Shown here in pieces: positions 1 to 12,659 of a stretch of DNA of 64,000 nucleotides. A model generated the notes under the pieces. That model did no database searches and had not been told where the DNA came from. It saw only the letters and a program-made list of their open reading frames with translations. The stretch comes from Narcine bancroftii (lineage: Eukaryota), in contig NC_091477.1 in the NCBI RefSeq assembly GCF_036971445.1, forward strand, positions 120,590,001 to 120,654,000, read 5' to 3'. The position numbers were made by a program, and so were the translations under genes. Each line of letters begins with the position of its first letter. Positions within the stretch are counted from its first letter, which is position 1.

Positions 1-187
1 GGACCAGTTGGAGCCCTGGGTGCGCTGAACCATCATAATAGCCAATGTTCACAATGTCAAGTGTACCCTCCGAATTCGTTTGAAAGTTCACCAATTCGTA
101 TTTTGGCATTGGATCTCCGTTTTCATCAAAATACACGGTTTCTCCAGTCTTCACTGTGAAATTGACTATGCGTAGATAGTGGAGGAA
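1..187 (-). CDS. gene A exon 4 (partial)
   Basis: Acceptor tttccag| then FLHYLRIVNFTVKTGETVYFDENGDPMPKYELVNFQ; homologous to exon 4 of B and C. Confidence 0.88.
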
Positions 188-3100
188 CTGGAAAGTATAA
201 AGCAAGGTTTAGGCATTGCCGTGAGTTCAGCGCGAGGAGGTACAGGCGTTCAGCATCACTCTGCACGTCAAACATTGAAATAACTTGCAGGATAATTGCT
301 ACCTTAAGGGGCATATTAATGGGAGGTGACTCATCAATATTATATCCTGATGTATAACCTTGGGTCATATTTACTCGATGTGATCACGAGATGGGACAGT
401 TAAGAAGGCTGAATATGATTGATAGGCCGGCTGAGTTCAGGAGTAGAGGAGATCATGTCATAAAACCACACTTGAAGTACTGTGTTCAGTTCTGGTCATC
501 TTATTATAGGGAGGATGTGGAAGCTATGGAGAGGGTGCAGAGCAGATTTACCAGGATGTTGCCTGGGTTGGAAAACAAACCTTAAGAGGCAATGTTAGCA
601 GAGTTGGAATTTTTCTCTTTGGAGCGTAGAAGGATAAGAGGAAACTTGATGGCGGTCTACACAATTATGTAAGGCATACATAGGGTGGACAGCTACCACC
701 TGTTTCCCAGGGTACGAAGAGCAAACACCAGGGGTCACATGTACAAAGTTAAGGGAGGGAAGGCATCAGGGGTAAATTGTTTACACAGAGATGTCGGTCC
801 TTGGAATTACTTGTCATGGGTGGTGGTGCAGACTAGAATATTAGGTGTATTTCAGAGACTCTTTGACAGGCACATGGATGAAAAAAAAAGATAGAGGGTT
901 ATAGGTTAGGATTATGCTTAGTAATTGTATAAGCAATATAAGGGCCGAAGGCCATGTTCTGTGATGTCGTATTCTATGTTCAAAAATTAATCATTGTATT
1001 TTCAACTTGCTGTTTGCATGTTTCAAGTACCTGCCACGGCTCAAAATGTGAAATCTGTGCACATGTGTGATTCACAAAGGGTCCATTGCCTTCTTCACAA
1101 GTCAATAGGTCGTGGAGCGCATGAGCGATAGCGTAGATTGCCTTATACACCTGATATGAACTTCCGTCCATTATCGCCGGAAGGTAGGAGTTTTCCATTC
1201 CTTTCATTTCTTCTTTCCCCGTACATTGCCGAAATTCAACCGGAGAATTTTGTGGAATTATCCGGTTATCAGTGGTAAAGTTACATGTGAACAAAGTTTC
1301 CCAAAACTCTGTCAACAAACTGTTTGCAGCAAAATTCGAAGGATGGATATTATGAAGAAAATCTCTGAGTTCCGCGATCTCTGTCCTGTAGGTTATCGGA
1401 CCGATTGTCCCGGCGAGATAAATTGCACTTACTTCAGGCGGGAGAGGGTTTTCTGTAAGCCACCCTTCGCTTCCAATCCACTGTATTCCAGTTACATTTT
1501 GACGCCAAATTTCGTCCAGCAAAATCCGCATATCACCGCCAGGAGCAAAGGCCACCACCACTTTTGTGGACGCCTGTTTAATCACCTGGACAATTTTCCT
1601 GATTTTCTCCGCTGGGTCGGTCCTGTGAAATGACTCCGAATAGGCGATACAAACCCCAAACTTTTCCACGTGTTTCACAAATCCTTGCATTCCAAAATTG
1701 CCGTAATCGTTGTTACTTCTAATAGTTCCGATCCAAGTCCAGCCAAACACTCGCACCAGTTCCGCGAGAACTTTAGATTGGTACTCGTCGCTGGGTATCG
1801 TTCTTAAAAATGTAGGGTATTCCTGTTTATCGCTGAGACAGGAACAGGTGGAATAGGGACTGACCTGCACAGAAAGTGATAAATGTATGAATAGCTGTTC
1901 CTTCTTGCATTGGAAGTAACCGATATCGCTGGTTTCAATCTGAGTCATTTTATATTTCTACACCACGGAAGTATTGAACATGTAGAATATAAACGCCATT
2001 GTTCGAATATTTTGCACACATTTCACACATTGCTTCTCAACAAAAAAAAACTGATGGTTAATATTTCCTCTGTTCTTTGGCCATTTTCTGGTGGGTTTCA
2101 AATATTATCAAATTCCAAGCTGTAAAATGCATTTTATATCTTTGTAAAATATATGCCTGTCACCTAATTACTTTCTGGCCTAGAATTTTATTTTTTTGTT
2201 CGTACTAATATCAAAGGCACTTGAGAATCGTCACTATAATATCGCAGACTTATATTTGGTCTTTTACCAGTGGGACGCCGAAGGATCCGATTGTCCTTGA
2301 GGTCACGATGGAGCTTGTGGACCCATCACAGCCAACAATGGCAGCGACATTGGACGAGCTTCTACATTCCGGATATTCAGTCAATTCTTCTTCTCCGTTG
2401 ATCAAAGTGAGCGCTGCTTTCGAAGCAATCGCTGGGGACGAGCAGTCATCATGGATTTTATACCCGAGTGTGATCCCGGGGAGTAAATTTTCATCCTGGT
2501 TTATTTCTTCAATCGCAAAAATCATGGTCTGCGCCAAACGGAAGCTCACAATATTAACACTGCAATAAGAGCAAAATAAGGCAATAAAACAGTTCAAATT
2601 AATCGTTCCATGAAATAATACGTCGAACTATTTAAATTGTCTAATTTACTTATTATTTATACCAGAAGGACGCATCAACATCATAATCCGTTGAAGAAAA
2701 GTGGCTGCCCGCATCCACCCCTCCATGGCGCACTGTGGAAAGTAGAGAAGCTCCCACGAACGCAGAAAGCAGCTGCAAGATCCAACACAAGCTCTGACCT
2801 CCCATCTTTGTGTGACCATGAACGAACCTACCTCCCATGTTTCGGCTTTTTATCACGTCTTTCTCGCGAAAGGAGGAATAGAAGTCTGAAAACTGGCACT
2901 CGTGGGTTGTGCAATAGTTCTTTTTTCAGCTGGCATCAGACTCTTGAAATTTCCCTTGGTAGTCAACCACACGACTGTCTGTACCATTGCAAGTCATTTT
3001 TGCGCACGCAATACGGTGAACATTTATTGTTTATCTTATGTATTATTGTCTTTTTCTTTAATTAATTCAATTAGTGTATCGTTTTTTCTTTAACTGTTTG

Positions 3101-5422
3101 AAAGCAGCAGATACGAATTTCGGTGCACATGTAGATTATATTGAGTGTATGAAAATAAACTCATCGTTACCTCCGATGTCAATTTCAGCACTGGACACAG
3201 ACCTCTCTGCCGTTCCTCGATCTCATCCTTGAACTCGGCCCAACACACATACCTCCTCATCCTTTTACCCTCAGGTGCTCCGAAACCTGATCTCGGCTCC
3301 CGACCTATACTCGTTACTGATATTTCACCACCTCCAAGGTCAAGGCATAAAATAAGATCCATTCTTCACTGACCAGCATTGACCGGATACTGCAGCAGAT
3401 GACGGATGTGCAATGTTTATCCATATTCACCGCAATACATGACTGTCCTTGCAGGAGCACGTATCCGTGAATGGCAGTTCAGTGGTTAGGAAGCTCAGAG
3501 TGCACTCAAACATCAAAGATGACTCACGTTGGACGTTTTATGGTCTCTCTGTTATCACAGAAGTTTATTGACAGAGAAATGATCGGAACTAGCATTCAGA
3601 GGATTATTATACTTGTGACGACACTTGGCTTATGTCTACCCAAATATAGCAATTTAAAACATTACGCGTCTAACCCAATCCATCATAGTATAAATATATT
3701 GGGAAACCATCTAGTGACTTCCGCCAATATTTTGATGTTGTCATTCACATTGCATTAAATGCACGTGATATTATTACTGAGGACAAGAAGGGCTCCCGAC
3801 AGGTCTCGGGCGCTGAGGGGTTCCTGATTGTATCGGAAATTTCGATCCATCTCGGGTCTGTGTCGCTGCAGAGGCTGCAATCGCGCTGGAAACCAACTTG
3901 CTTCTTTTCCTCCGGCAATACTTATAGGGAATTTTTGTTTCTCTTGCCGTAGACAACAGATAGAGTATATCAAGTGTGTTACATTTTAATATATTATTAT
4001 AGGATCGTAAAATGAACCTTGAACCAGGAACATCATTACAGGAATGATCCAGAGAGGTAATTCATCAGGAATTTGCCTCGATTGGAGAACATGCCTTCTA
4101 AAGCAAGATTGGCAGAGCTATCATGCGAGGTAACTAAATTGAGGTGGATAAGATAATGAGGGGTTTAGATAGAATGGGCAGTAAGCATTTTTTCCAAAGC
4201 CCATCTGTTTGAGGGAAGTGGAGGAATTTTTAGGGGCGATGTCAAATGAAGGTTTTATTTTCAACCGAGGAATGAATTCCTGGAATGCAATGCCTGTCTT
4301 GGTGCAATATAAACATTCAAAAGGCACTTAGATATCAAAAAATGAGGATTGCTTGCAAGATTTAGGAAAGTATTGGATTGTTGTAAAGTAGATTTACATA
4401 GGTCAACAAAATATTGTGGACTGCGTCGTAATAGGAAATGTTCCATGATTTATCTGTCAGTGAAACAATTGGGCTACCTGTCGTAATAAGAATATATTAA
4501 ACATTCACTTAATAAAGAATATACAGACTTTCATATTTTTGGTTCGTGTCAGCACATAAGTGTTGTCGTGGCAACAGATCCAGAATAACTTTCGTTCTGT
4601 CATATACATTTGCCAAATAGTTGCCAGTTTACGTTTGTGGAAGATCCTGAGCGTAAGCACAGCCTTTTGAAAAAATGAAACAGGTTAATGGCCAGGAAGG
4701 TCGTGGGACGAAACCGGCCATTATAGATCCCTCTTTATTTTGGGCGACAGAATTTCCAATCAGACGTTGGGGCGCCACGACAAAATGCACAGTCAGCATT
4801 TTGTTTCACTCGATGCTCTGTGTTGGAAAGCTATATCGATACTCCATGCCTTGTTGCTTTGGTGTGAACTTATGATGAAGTAAGTAAACTTATCTATCAG
4901 TGTTCAAAGTTGTATTCGTTGTGTCACCGCAGTACACAAAAATGCTGGAGGCACTCTTGTTTGCTCTCATTGTTCCACTGTTTCCTGAAATGGAACAGTG
5001 GCAATAAAGTTGCACGATAACAACAAAGTATTTTTAATTTAATGTTAACATTTTAAAGTTTAAGTGAAGTGTTAAATGTAACAATAATAGTTAAAAGTCA
5101 AAAATAAAAATCGCGAACTTGTCTGGCAATCATTAACTCTATTTAAAAATCAATTCAATGTTTTCAGTAATTTCTACTGCCGAGCAAACAATGCCGGTTT
5201 ACAATGCAATCTTACTCGCCTTCTGCACTCAGTGCTTTTCGGAGTCAAGGCAAATGAGTGGAAGTGTTCAACTGGGTCTAAATGCAAAGTGAATATTCCA
5301 CCAAGAATGATGTCTCCATCCTTCTCGAAATCAGACAAATTGGCTTTAGCTCGACGTTTACAAACGATTCCATGCGTTTCCCAGGCAGCGAACAGCAGCA
5401 GGAGAACCAGAAACCGGGACAT
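1..5422 (-). CDS. V2R/OlfC-family class C GPCR, gene A (5' part; exons 5220-5422, 2268-2559, 1031-1864, <1-187; continues off the left edge)
   Basis: Signal peptide plus [25 protein letters not shown]...[30 protein letters not shown] and [11 protein letters not shown] Venus-flytrap motifs. Exon lengths of 203/292/834 match paralog B, and C except for its 828-nt exon 3. Intron 1 needs a GC donor to stay in frame. Confidence 0.9.
400..985 (+). mobile_element. CR1-type LINE 3' remnant in gene A intron 3
   Basis: PHLKYCVQFWS...MERVQSRFTRMLPGL, characteristic of the CR1 ORF2 C-terminus; contains stops. Confidence 0.75.
1031..1864 (-). CDS. gene A exon 3
   Basis: ctgtgcag|GTC acceptor, CAG|gtactt donor; 834 nt open (within ORF 980..1948). 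Confidence 0.93.
2268..2559 (-). CDS. gene A exon 2
   Basis: ttattgcag|T acceptor, CTG|gtaaaa donor; 292 nt. Confidence 0.93.
5220..5422 (-). CDS. gene A exon 1 (signal peptide)
   Basis: [14 protein letters not shown]...[10 protein letters not shown]...TECR; 203 nt; donor AG|gcgagt. Confidence 0.88.
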
Positions 5423-5478
5423 TGCTGTATTACAGGGGACCTGTCACGATTGTTCTGCAGTGAAGTGAAGAAATTGGA

Positions 5479-5484
5479 TTTATA
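5479..5484 (-). promoter_or_regulatory. putative TATA box, gene A
   Basis: TATAAA 57-62 nt upstream of the ATG, with identical spacing in A, B and C. Confidence 0.6.
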
Positions 5485-6760
5485 TTGTGTATATCAAGAT
5501 CTGAGTATCTCCCAGTGCGATTTACAAGCACAGCAAGTACTGAAATAATCATGAGGTAATATGTGCGGGACAGGTGTTTGATGATGTTGCATCCAGCTCA
5601 GGGCGAGATTATTTTTTATAGAGAATAAACATTACATCTGTTTTTCTTTTCATGCTGTTTACATTTTCCAGTGATACATGAAGATGTTCCAGGGACTATG
5701 CAGTGGCCGCACGTTCAATGATAACCACCAGAAATGTAATTGACTCACGGTCTCCGTCCCATCTACTTTCACGTCAAATGGCACATCAAATAATACGTGG
5801 GGGGAAATAATTCCATTTTAGAGAAACATGGGGCAACCTTCTCACTAAGATGGCAATACGTATCTGTAGCGAGCTGAAATTGCAGAAGCTGGTGCAAACA
5901 ACGTTCTGAAAACAGGTGAATATATTGGCAGATGTGACGGTCTTGATCGGAAATGGACATAATGCAGGCACATGAATTCCAACTTGGTCAGCATTGACGA
6001 AGGGCCTGTTATATGCTGTATAACTCGGTAATTCCAAATATTTCAACAATGGAGATATTGAATAACGTGCCTGCTCACAATTTTGATACTAATTCAACCT
6101 TGAAGTAAAGCGAACATTTCATTCGCCCTTATAATTACGATAATGAAGTGATTGAGTGATCGGCCACAGTTCACATTAACTCGAGCCTGCCAACCATTTT
6201 GATGTACTCCTGACATAACGCTGAAACAGGTCCTCCGCGGGTGCGATTTTTCCAGCCCCATGCCCAGCCCTGGAGCACCTGGAGAAGAAGAACAGCTATG
6301 CCAGCCTACTATTTATCGAGGACACCTCCACTCTTAGCAAAATTCTACCAATCAAATCCCCTAACCACGTGAATGTCGTCTCAGCAACCTTTCCATGGCC
6401 ATCCTTAATATTGAAACACCAGGGACTTGTGGCCTGGCGCCAGGAAACATACTTTCTCTCAAATGCAGGAAAAGAGCTGGTTATTGACTTCTGGAGGAGA
6501 AGTGGTCTCAACGAATGGTCCTGAAGTAGAGATAGTAACAGCTTTAACTTCCTTGAGATAACCATCTCCAATTAACTGGTCCATCCAAGTCAATGTAATG
6601 GGCATGAAAGCGCACGATAATATCTCCTACCGCAGAGGACTAAGGAAATCTGTCATGCTATCAGCATCTTTCTTGCAATTCCAACAGGTGCTGTCGGGGT
6701 GCATCACTGCGTAGGATTGGAATTATGCTGCCCAAGACTGCAATAATCTGGAAAGTGCTG

Positions 6761-6918
6761 NNNNNNNNNNNNNNNNNNNNNNNNNNNNNNNNNNNNNNNN
6801 NNNNNNNNNNNNNNNNNNNNNNNNNNNNNNNNNNNNNNNNNNNNNNNNNNNNNNNNNNNNNNNNNNNNNNNNNNNNNNNNNNNNNNNNNNNNNNNNNNNN
6901 NNNNNNNNNNNNNNNNNN
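6761..6918. other. assembly gap (158 N)
   Basis: Run of N. Confidence 1.
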
Positions 6919-7500
6919 TGGGAGTCACTTTATTGAGCATCTTGGATCTGTCTGCCGCGGAGATTTCCCAGTGAGCAACAATTTCAATTCCTCATCCCAT
7001 ATCCCTGCCGACACTTCTGTCTATCTTTTCATGCACTGGCTGACTGAGACCACAGGAAAATTTTAGGAATACCCCTCATATTTTTCCTTGGCATCCTCCA
7101 ACCATATCGCATTAAGAATGACTTCTCCGGTTTCCATTTGTACCAACCCCGATCATTCCCTATTCCCTCCCCCCTCCCCTCTCTCTCTTTTTCTCTCTCT
7201 CTCTTTTCTTTTTCCTCTGTATCCTTTCCTCTAGCGCTGTTAACACAGAAAACTAAACATATCCCTTCCCCTAGTCAATTCTCACCTTTCCTCCCTGGTG
7301 TGACCATCCATATCCATAATATCTTTTCTCTATTCGTCCATACCTCTTCCCCTGTCCATTCGTCCCTCCCCAGCCCTTTAATTGAGTAGCCTGTCTGCTT
7401 TTTACTCATACCTCGTTAGGGCTCAGGCTCAAAGCTGCCTTATTTACCTTTACCGCCTATTGACATTGCTGGACTTGCTGAGTTCCTCCAGAAAGCATGT
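6919..7500 (+). mobile_element. Penelope-like retroelement remnant
   Basis: HFIEHLGSVC...PVSNNFNSSSH resembles the C-terminal GIY-YIG region; pyrimidine-rich tail and a ctgagttcctccag end motif shared with the copy at about 45.3-45.7 kb. Confidence 0.5.
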
Positions 7501-8449
7501 GTCATATTTTTAAAAATTATTCTTTCTATCCTACCTTCGTAAAAGGTAAAAATCTCGAATAAAGTTTTTATTTGCAGACACTTCCAATAACTTGGATGCG
7601 TCACCAAAGCTCTCTTTAAATTGCTTACTAAGCCAAATCATATCACTAATTCTTGTGGTATCTTGTGGAAATGAGGAACTTTAATACTAACGCTTGCTTT
7701 CTGTCTGACGCCAATATTTTATATTCGACTCCAGTAAACATGCAGCAACCATTTATGCAAAATTAATTCACTAGATTATATCTGGTGATTCCTATTTAAT
7801 TACCTTCTTGTTTACAACCTGAAAAGATCCAACAAATATTTGAACCCATGTTCTTTCGATCAATACATACTGATTCTCAATGATTAGATATAGATGCTGT
7901 GCTGTCAATTTTTATATCATGGATCCCAGTATTTGCTGGACAAACGCTGTTTTGTGTATTGACCGTTGATCCCCCAATTTCACGCCCATTATTTTTACCA
8001 ATTACAGTGTCAGATGTGTTGCACCTCAATTTACTGGGACTTTTGTGGACTGTAGTTTTTGGAATATTACAATAAAACATGTTTGAATGCTAAAAGATAA
8101 AGCGATCTCGCATACCTTAGTCCCATAAATATCTCACGTGGGTTTTACTTTTATGCCATTGTCTCATGTCATGTCTCATCATGTCTCTTCTACCACAGTG
8201 CATTTTATTCTGCGAGATTCCTACGTTCTATGATATACTTAACGTGAAGAAACGTGTCGATCACTTTTTAGTACGCTCAAGATGTCATATAGGTATACTG
8301 CACGGAGGTGCCATCCAATCTAATTCCAAGCCGACCAAATTTGCCATCTAGACTGGTTCCATTTGCCTATGCTTGACTCGTATCCCCAAGAGCTCCCCCA
8401 TTCATCTATCAGCCAAAATGGTTTTGAATGGTGCAATTGTTCGCATGTC

Positions 8450-9050
8450 AAAGATTAAAATTCAAAGTTCAGACTTATTATTAAAGTAAATACATGACAT
8501 CACATATAACCTTTAGATTTTTTTTGTCTTTTGGGCCAGGCAACTTTTCTACTTATTCGTAGTGCAACAAACACTAGACTCCAAAAAATTACACAAGAAA
8601 GAGAAATTTAAACAAACTGACTGCAACAAAGAATAAAATAAATATTCTGTCATGATTAATGAGCGATGTAAGAGTCCTTAAATAGGTTTATGATTGAGTT
8701 TGTTGTTGAGGAGTCTGATGGTAGAGGGGTAGCAGCTGTTCCTGAATCTGGTGGTGGGAGTTCTGTGGCACCGAGACCTCTGATGGCGGGTGCGAGAACA
8801 GACTGTCCTGGGTGGTGTGCATCCTCCCTGACGCCAACTTTCCATGTCGATTTTTTTGCCTGTGATGTACTGGACGGTGTTCATTAACTTTGTTTCAGCT
8901 CCGGTTTATCTGAGGCCCCAAACCAGTCCGTGAAGAAACCGGTCAGTACACTGCACATCTGCTGAAGTTTGCCAATGTGTCCGCTTTATACCAAAACTCC
9001 GCAAACTCCTGAGGATGTAGAGGGGATAATGTGTTATCTTCACGTTGACA
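8450..9050 (-). mobile_element. Rex1/Babar-like LINE 3' remnant
   Basis: [18 protein letters not shown]-terminal motif; a related copy lies at about 44540-44990. Confidence 0.55.
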
Positions 9051-9272
9051 TGAGTGTGTTGGGCCATGGATAGGTTTAATGCGTTATCACATAGTGAAGA
9101 CATGTGGGGTAGAAGCCATTCAAATGTGACATTCATTCAGAGGAAGTGAATAACGTACGCAGATCAGTATTTTTTTTAAAGGATAGTGTAGGAAAACCTA
9201 CAATACATGGGTTAATGTAGAATGGGGAAATATTTAATGGAATATGAAGTGTAATGTGTTCACACAGAGCAT

Positions 9273-10637
9273 GTGGGAAAAATGATGGAATCCATTATTA
9301 AGGATGTAATAGCGGAGCATATGACTAACAGAGAAGGGATCGGACGGAGTCAACATGGATTTACAAAAGGTAAATCGTGCTTGTCAAATCTATTGGAATT
9401 CTTTGAGATGGTGACAGGTAAAATAGATGGGGGAGAGCCAGTGGATGTGGTGTACCTGGACTTCCAAAAGGCCTTCGATAAGGTCCCGCATAAACGACTG
9501 GCTTACAAAATCAAGGCTCATGGGATTGGGGGCAAAGTATTGATGTGGATTGAGAACTGGCTAGTAGGTAGAAGACAGAGAGTTGGGATAAATGGCTCGT
9601 TTTCTGAGTGGCAGGCGGTGACCAGTGGGGTGCCACAGGGATCTGTACTGGGACCCCAGCTGTTGACAATTTACATTAATGATCTGGATGAGGGGATTGG
9701 ATGTCATATCTCCAAATTTGCAGATGACATTAAGCTAGGAGGGGTTGTGTGCACGGAAGAGGGGGTCAGGAAGCTCCAGTGTGATCTGGATAAATTGAGG
9801 GACTGGGCAGATCCATGGCAAATGCACTACAATGTGGATAAATGTGAGGTTATCCACTTTGGTAATACAAACCGGAGGGCAGATTACTATTTGAATGGCA
9901 ATAGATTAAGAGATGGGGAAGTGCAGAGAGACCTAGGGGTACTTGTACACCAGTCTCTGAAAGAGAGCATGCAGGTACAGCAGGCGGTTAAAAAGGCAAA
10001 TGGTATGTTGGCCTTCATATCAAGAGGAACAAGGATACCTTACTGCAGCTGTACAGGGCCTTGGTGAGATCCCACCTGGAGTATTGTGTGCAGTTTTGGT
10101 CACCTTATCTAAGGAAGGATGTTCTTGCAGTGGAGGGAGTGCAGAGGTGATTCACCAGGCTGATACCTGGAATGGCAGGAATGACATGAGGAAAGATGGC
10201 GCAAATTGGGATTGTACTTGCTGGCGTTTAGAAGATTGAGAGGGGATCTCATAGAGACATATAAAATTCTGGCAGGACTGGACAGAATGGATGCAGATGG
10301 GATGTTTCCAAGGATGGGAAAATCCCGAACCTGGGGCCATGGTTTGAGGATAATAGGCAAACCGTTTAGGACCGAGATGAGGAGGAATTTCTTGACCCAG
10401 AGGGTGGTGAATCTGTGGAATTCATTGTCACAGAGGGCAGTAGAGGTAGGTTCATTAAATATATTTAAGAGGGAATTAGATCTATTTCTTCAGTATAAGG
10501 GAATTAAAAGTTACAGAGAGAAGGCGGGGACGGGGTACTGAACTTTAAGATCAGCCATGATCTCGTTGAATGGTGGAGCAGGCTCAAAGGGTCGAATGAC
10601 CTACTCCTGCTCCTATCTTCTATGTTTCTATGTTTCT
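9273..10637 (+). mobile_element. CR1 LINE, 5'-truncated, RT domain plus 3' tail
   Basis: ORF 9273..10067 has QHGF, YLDFQKAFDKV, GVPQGSVLGP and FADD RT motifs; small deletions frameshift the C-terminus; (ctatgttt) tail. Confidence 0.9.
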
Positions 10638-11545
10638 CTTTATTTCCACTCACATACCCTATGCAATCAGTGCTCGATTCAGAATATTAAACGCGAAGGA
10701 ATTTATCCATTCTCCAAACGTCTGGATGGGTTTCCTCCAGGTGCCCCAGTTTCCTCCCACCCTTCAAAATGTACGGGTGTTTGTTGATCAATTGGGTGTA
10801 ATTGGGTGGTATGGGCTCGTAGGACAAAAGGGCCTGTTAACGTCCTGTCTATCCAAAATTAAAAAGGAAGGTCGAGGGGTCGATTTCTGTGCTACAACCT
10901 TCTATGGTTTCATATATCTAATAAAGGGTCATTTAAAATTGACTAAATTTGTATCAAAATGTGGAAGGAATAGACCATCTTACAACAAAGAATAGCAACA
11001 AAGAAGGAAAGGAAGAAAGTAAACTCATGGGAAAGGCCAAAAGAAACTATTAATAAAGAAATTTTGTAGAAGGAAATTAAAGCTTAGAGCTGATAAAGCC
11101 CAATTACCCTGGGATTTCTTGATCAAATCTAATGCGTTTAGATATGAAAACTTTGTTTCTGTAGTAAATTTTAACATACTACTAAAGAAATAAGGGAGAG
11201 AGGATAGAGGGAAATACTGGCTGATTGGCTTCTCATGGTCTTTTGGAAGACTCTCAGCTTATGTATAGGGATACCCAAGCCCTCTGATTATCAACATCCA
11301 AATCCCTCCCCAATTGCAAACTGCTCAGCATTGCGTTGTTTTCACCACAGCCCTTCTTGCGCATTGTGCTGCACCCGCATGTATTTGCAGATTCCCTCTG
11401 CCTGTTAGTTTCTTTTTGAAGTTCCTCATAATATCCAAAATTCCTCATTTTGTGTCAACAGCTAATTTGAAAATGTTACATTCCCATTGATAACGATCGT
11501 TGATATCTATTGAGCTCCAGCTTGGTGCTTCCTGTACATCACTAC

Positions 11546-12598
11546 TGTTACGAGACCAAAGGACCCCAAAACCCAGCCGCAATAGATATTCACCACGACA
11601 AATGGTTATTTAAACAAAAGTTGTTTTTAATTAACTTTATGCATGAAAATAGAATCAAGCTTTATCTCAATATTTAACTAACCCAAATTAACCCCCTTCT
11701 AATTCTAAGCGCATGTGTATGATGTGAGTGTAAATTTAAGAAATGTTCTTTGGTTCACAGTCCAATCTCACTTCCCCTTCTTCCAAATTCTCTAGTTGCA
11801 GGCAATTCTTATATTGTGCACAGAATTTAACATCTATCAAGTTCACCAGGCTTTGGTGCTCGAAAGGTAAATGTTTAACACTCAAAAAGGTTCTTATAGG
11901 ATTTGCAGAGGGAGATTTGTTGTTCCAGAATTTCCTCAACTGAGGTATCACCATTAGTCACCTCAATGTCTCGCTGATGAAACTTACACCATCAGGGTTC
12001 TCCAGATGACAACCTCTTTCTTTCAGGCTACTACAGAGTTCCTTTCTGTTCCACTTATTCCAAGAGAAACACCAGAGAGATAGCACTCCCAGCCATCTGC
12101 CACTCTGGAGCTTTCTGCTTCCAACCAACTTTTCCTGGCTTATTTCAGCCGTGACTGTTCAGTCTCTTTCAGGGTCATGCACAGTCTGGCTGAGAGACCT
12201 TGTTGAGCCTCTCTCTCTCTCTCTCTTCAACTGCCAACAGCTATAAAGCCCATGTGACTCTCACTTGCAAATTCCCAATTTCTACAGCAAACCACAGGAG
12301 CTCTCCCTCTTGGTCAAGCTCTTGTCTTAGGTAAACAAAACTACTCATTGACCTTTGAGAGAGCACCTTGTAGTTATTCAACCAGCTAGCCTGTCTCAAT
12401 CCAAACAATGTCTATTCATTTCACGACGTCATTTCAATTAGCACCCACTTGTGAAATGTGCATAGCATTCACCATTGTTTCTGTAAAGTTCACTGAATAT
12501 GAATTCTAAAGTCTTTCAAATAAGATCTGCTTTAAAATGTGTGTATGTATGTAGCCTACTCTAATCTTAGCAAATTCTCCCAATATTTATCCATTACA
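11546..12598. mobile_element. solo LTR (TG...CA, 4-bp TSD CTAC)
   Basis: ctac|TGTTACG...CCATTACA|ctac. The empty site is present in the paralogous segment at about 34880 (accactactcacaag). Confidence 0.8.
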
Positions 12599-12659
12599 CT
12601 ACTCACAAGAGAACCCAATGAAAGCAGAAAGAACCCATGGCGAATTAATTCCCTTAAAT

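Noticed and set aside
6761-6918. ORFs spanning the N run
   Set aside because: Artefacts of the assembly gap.
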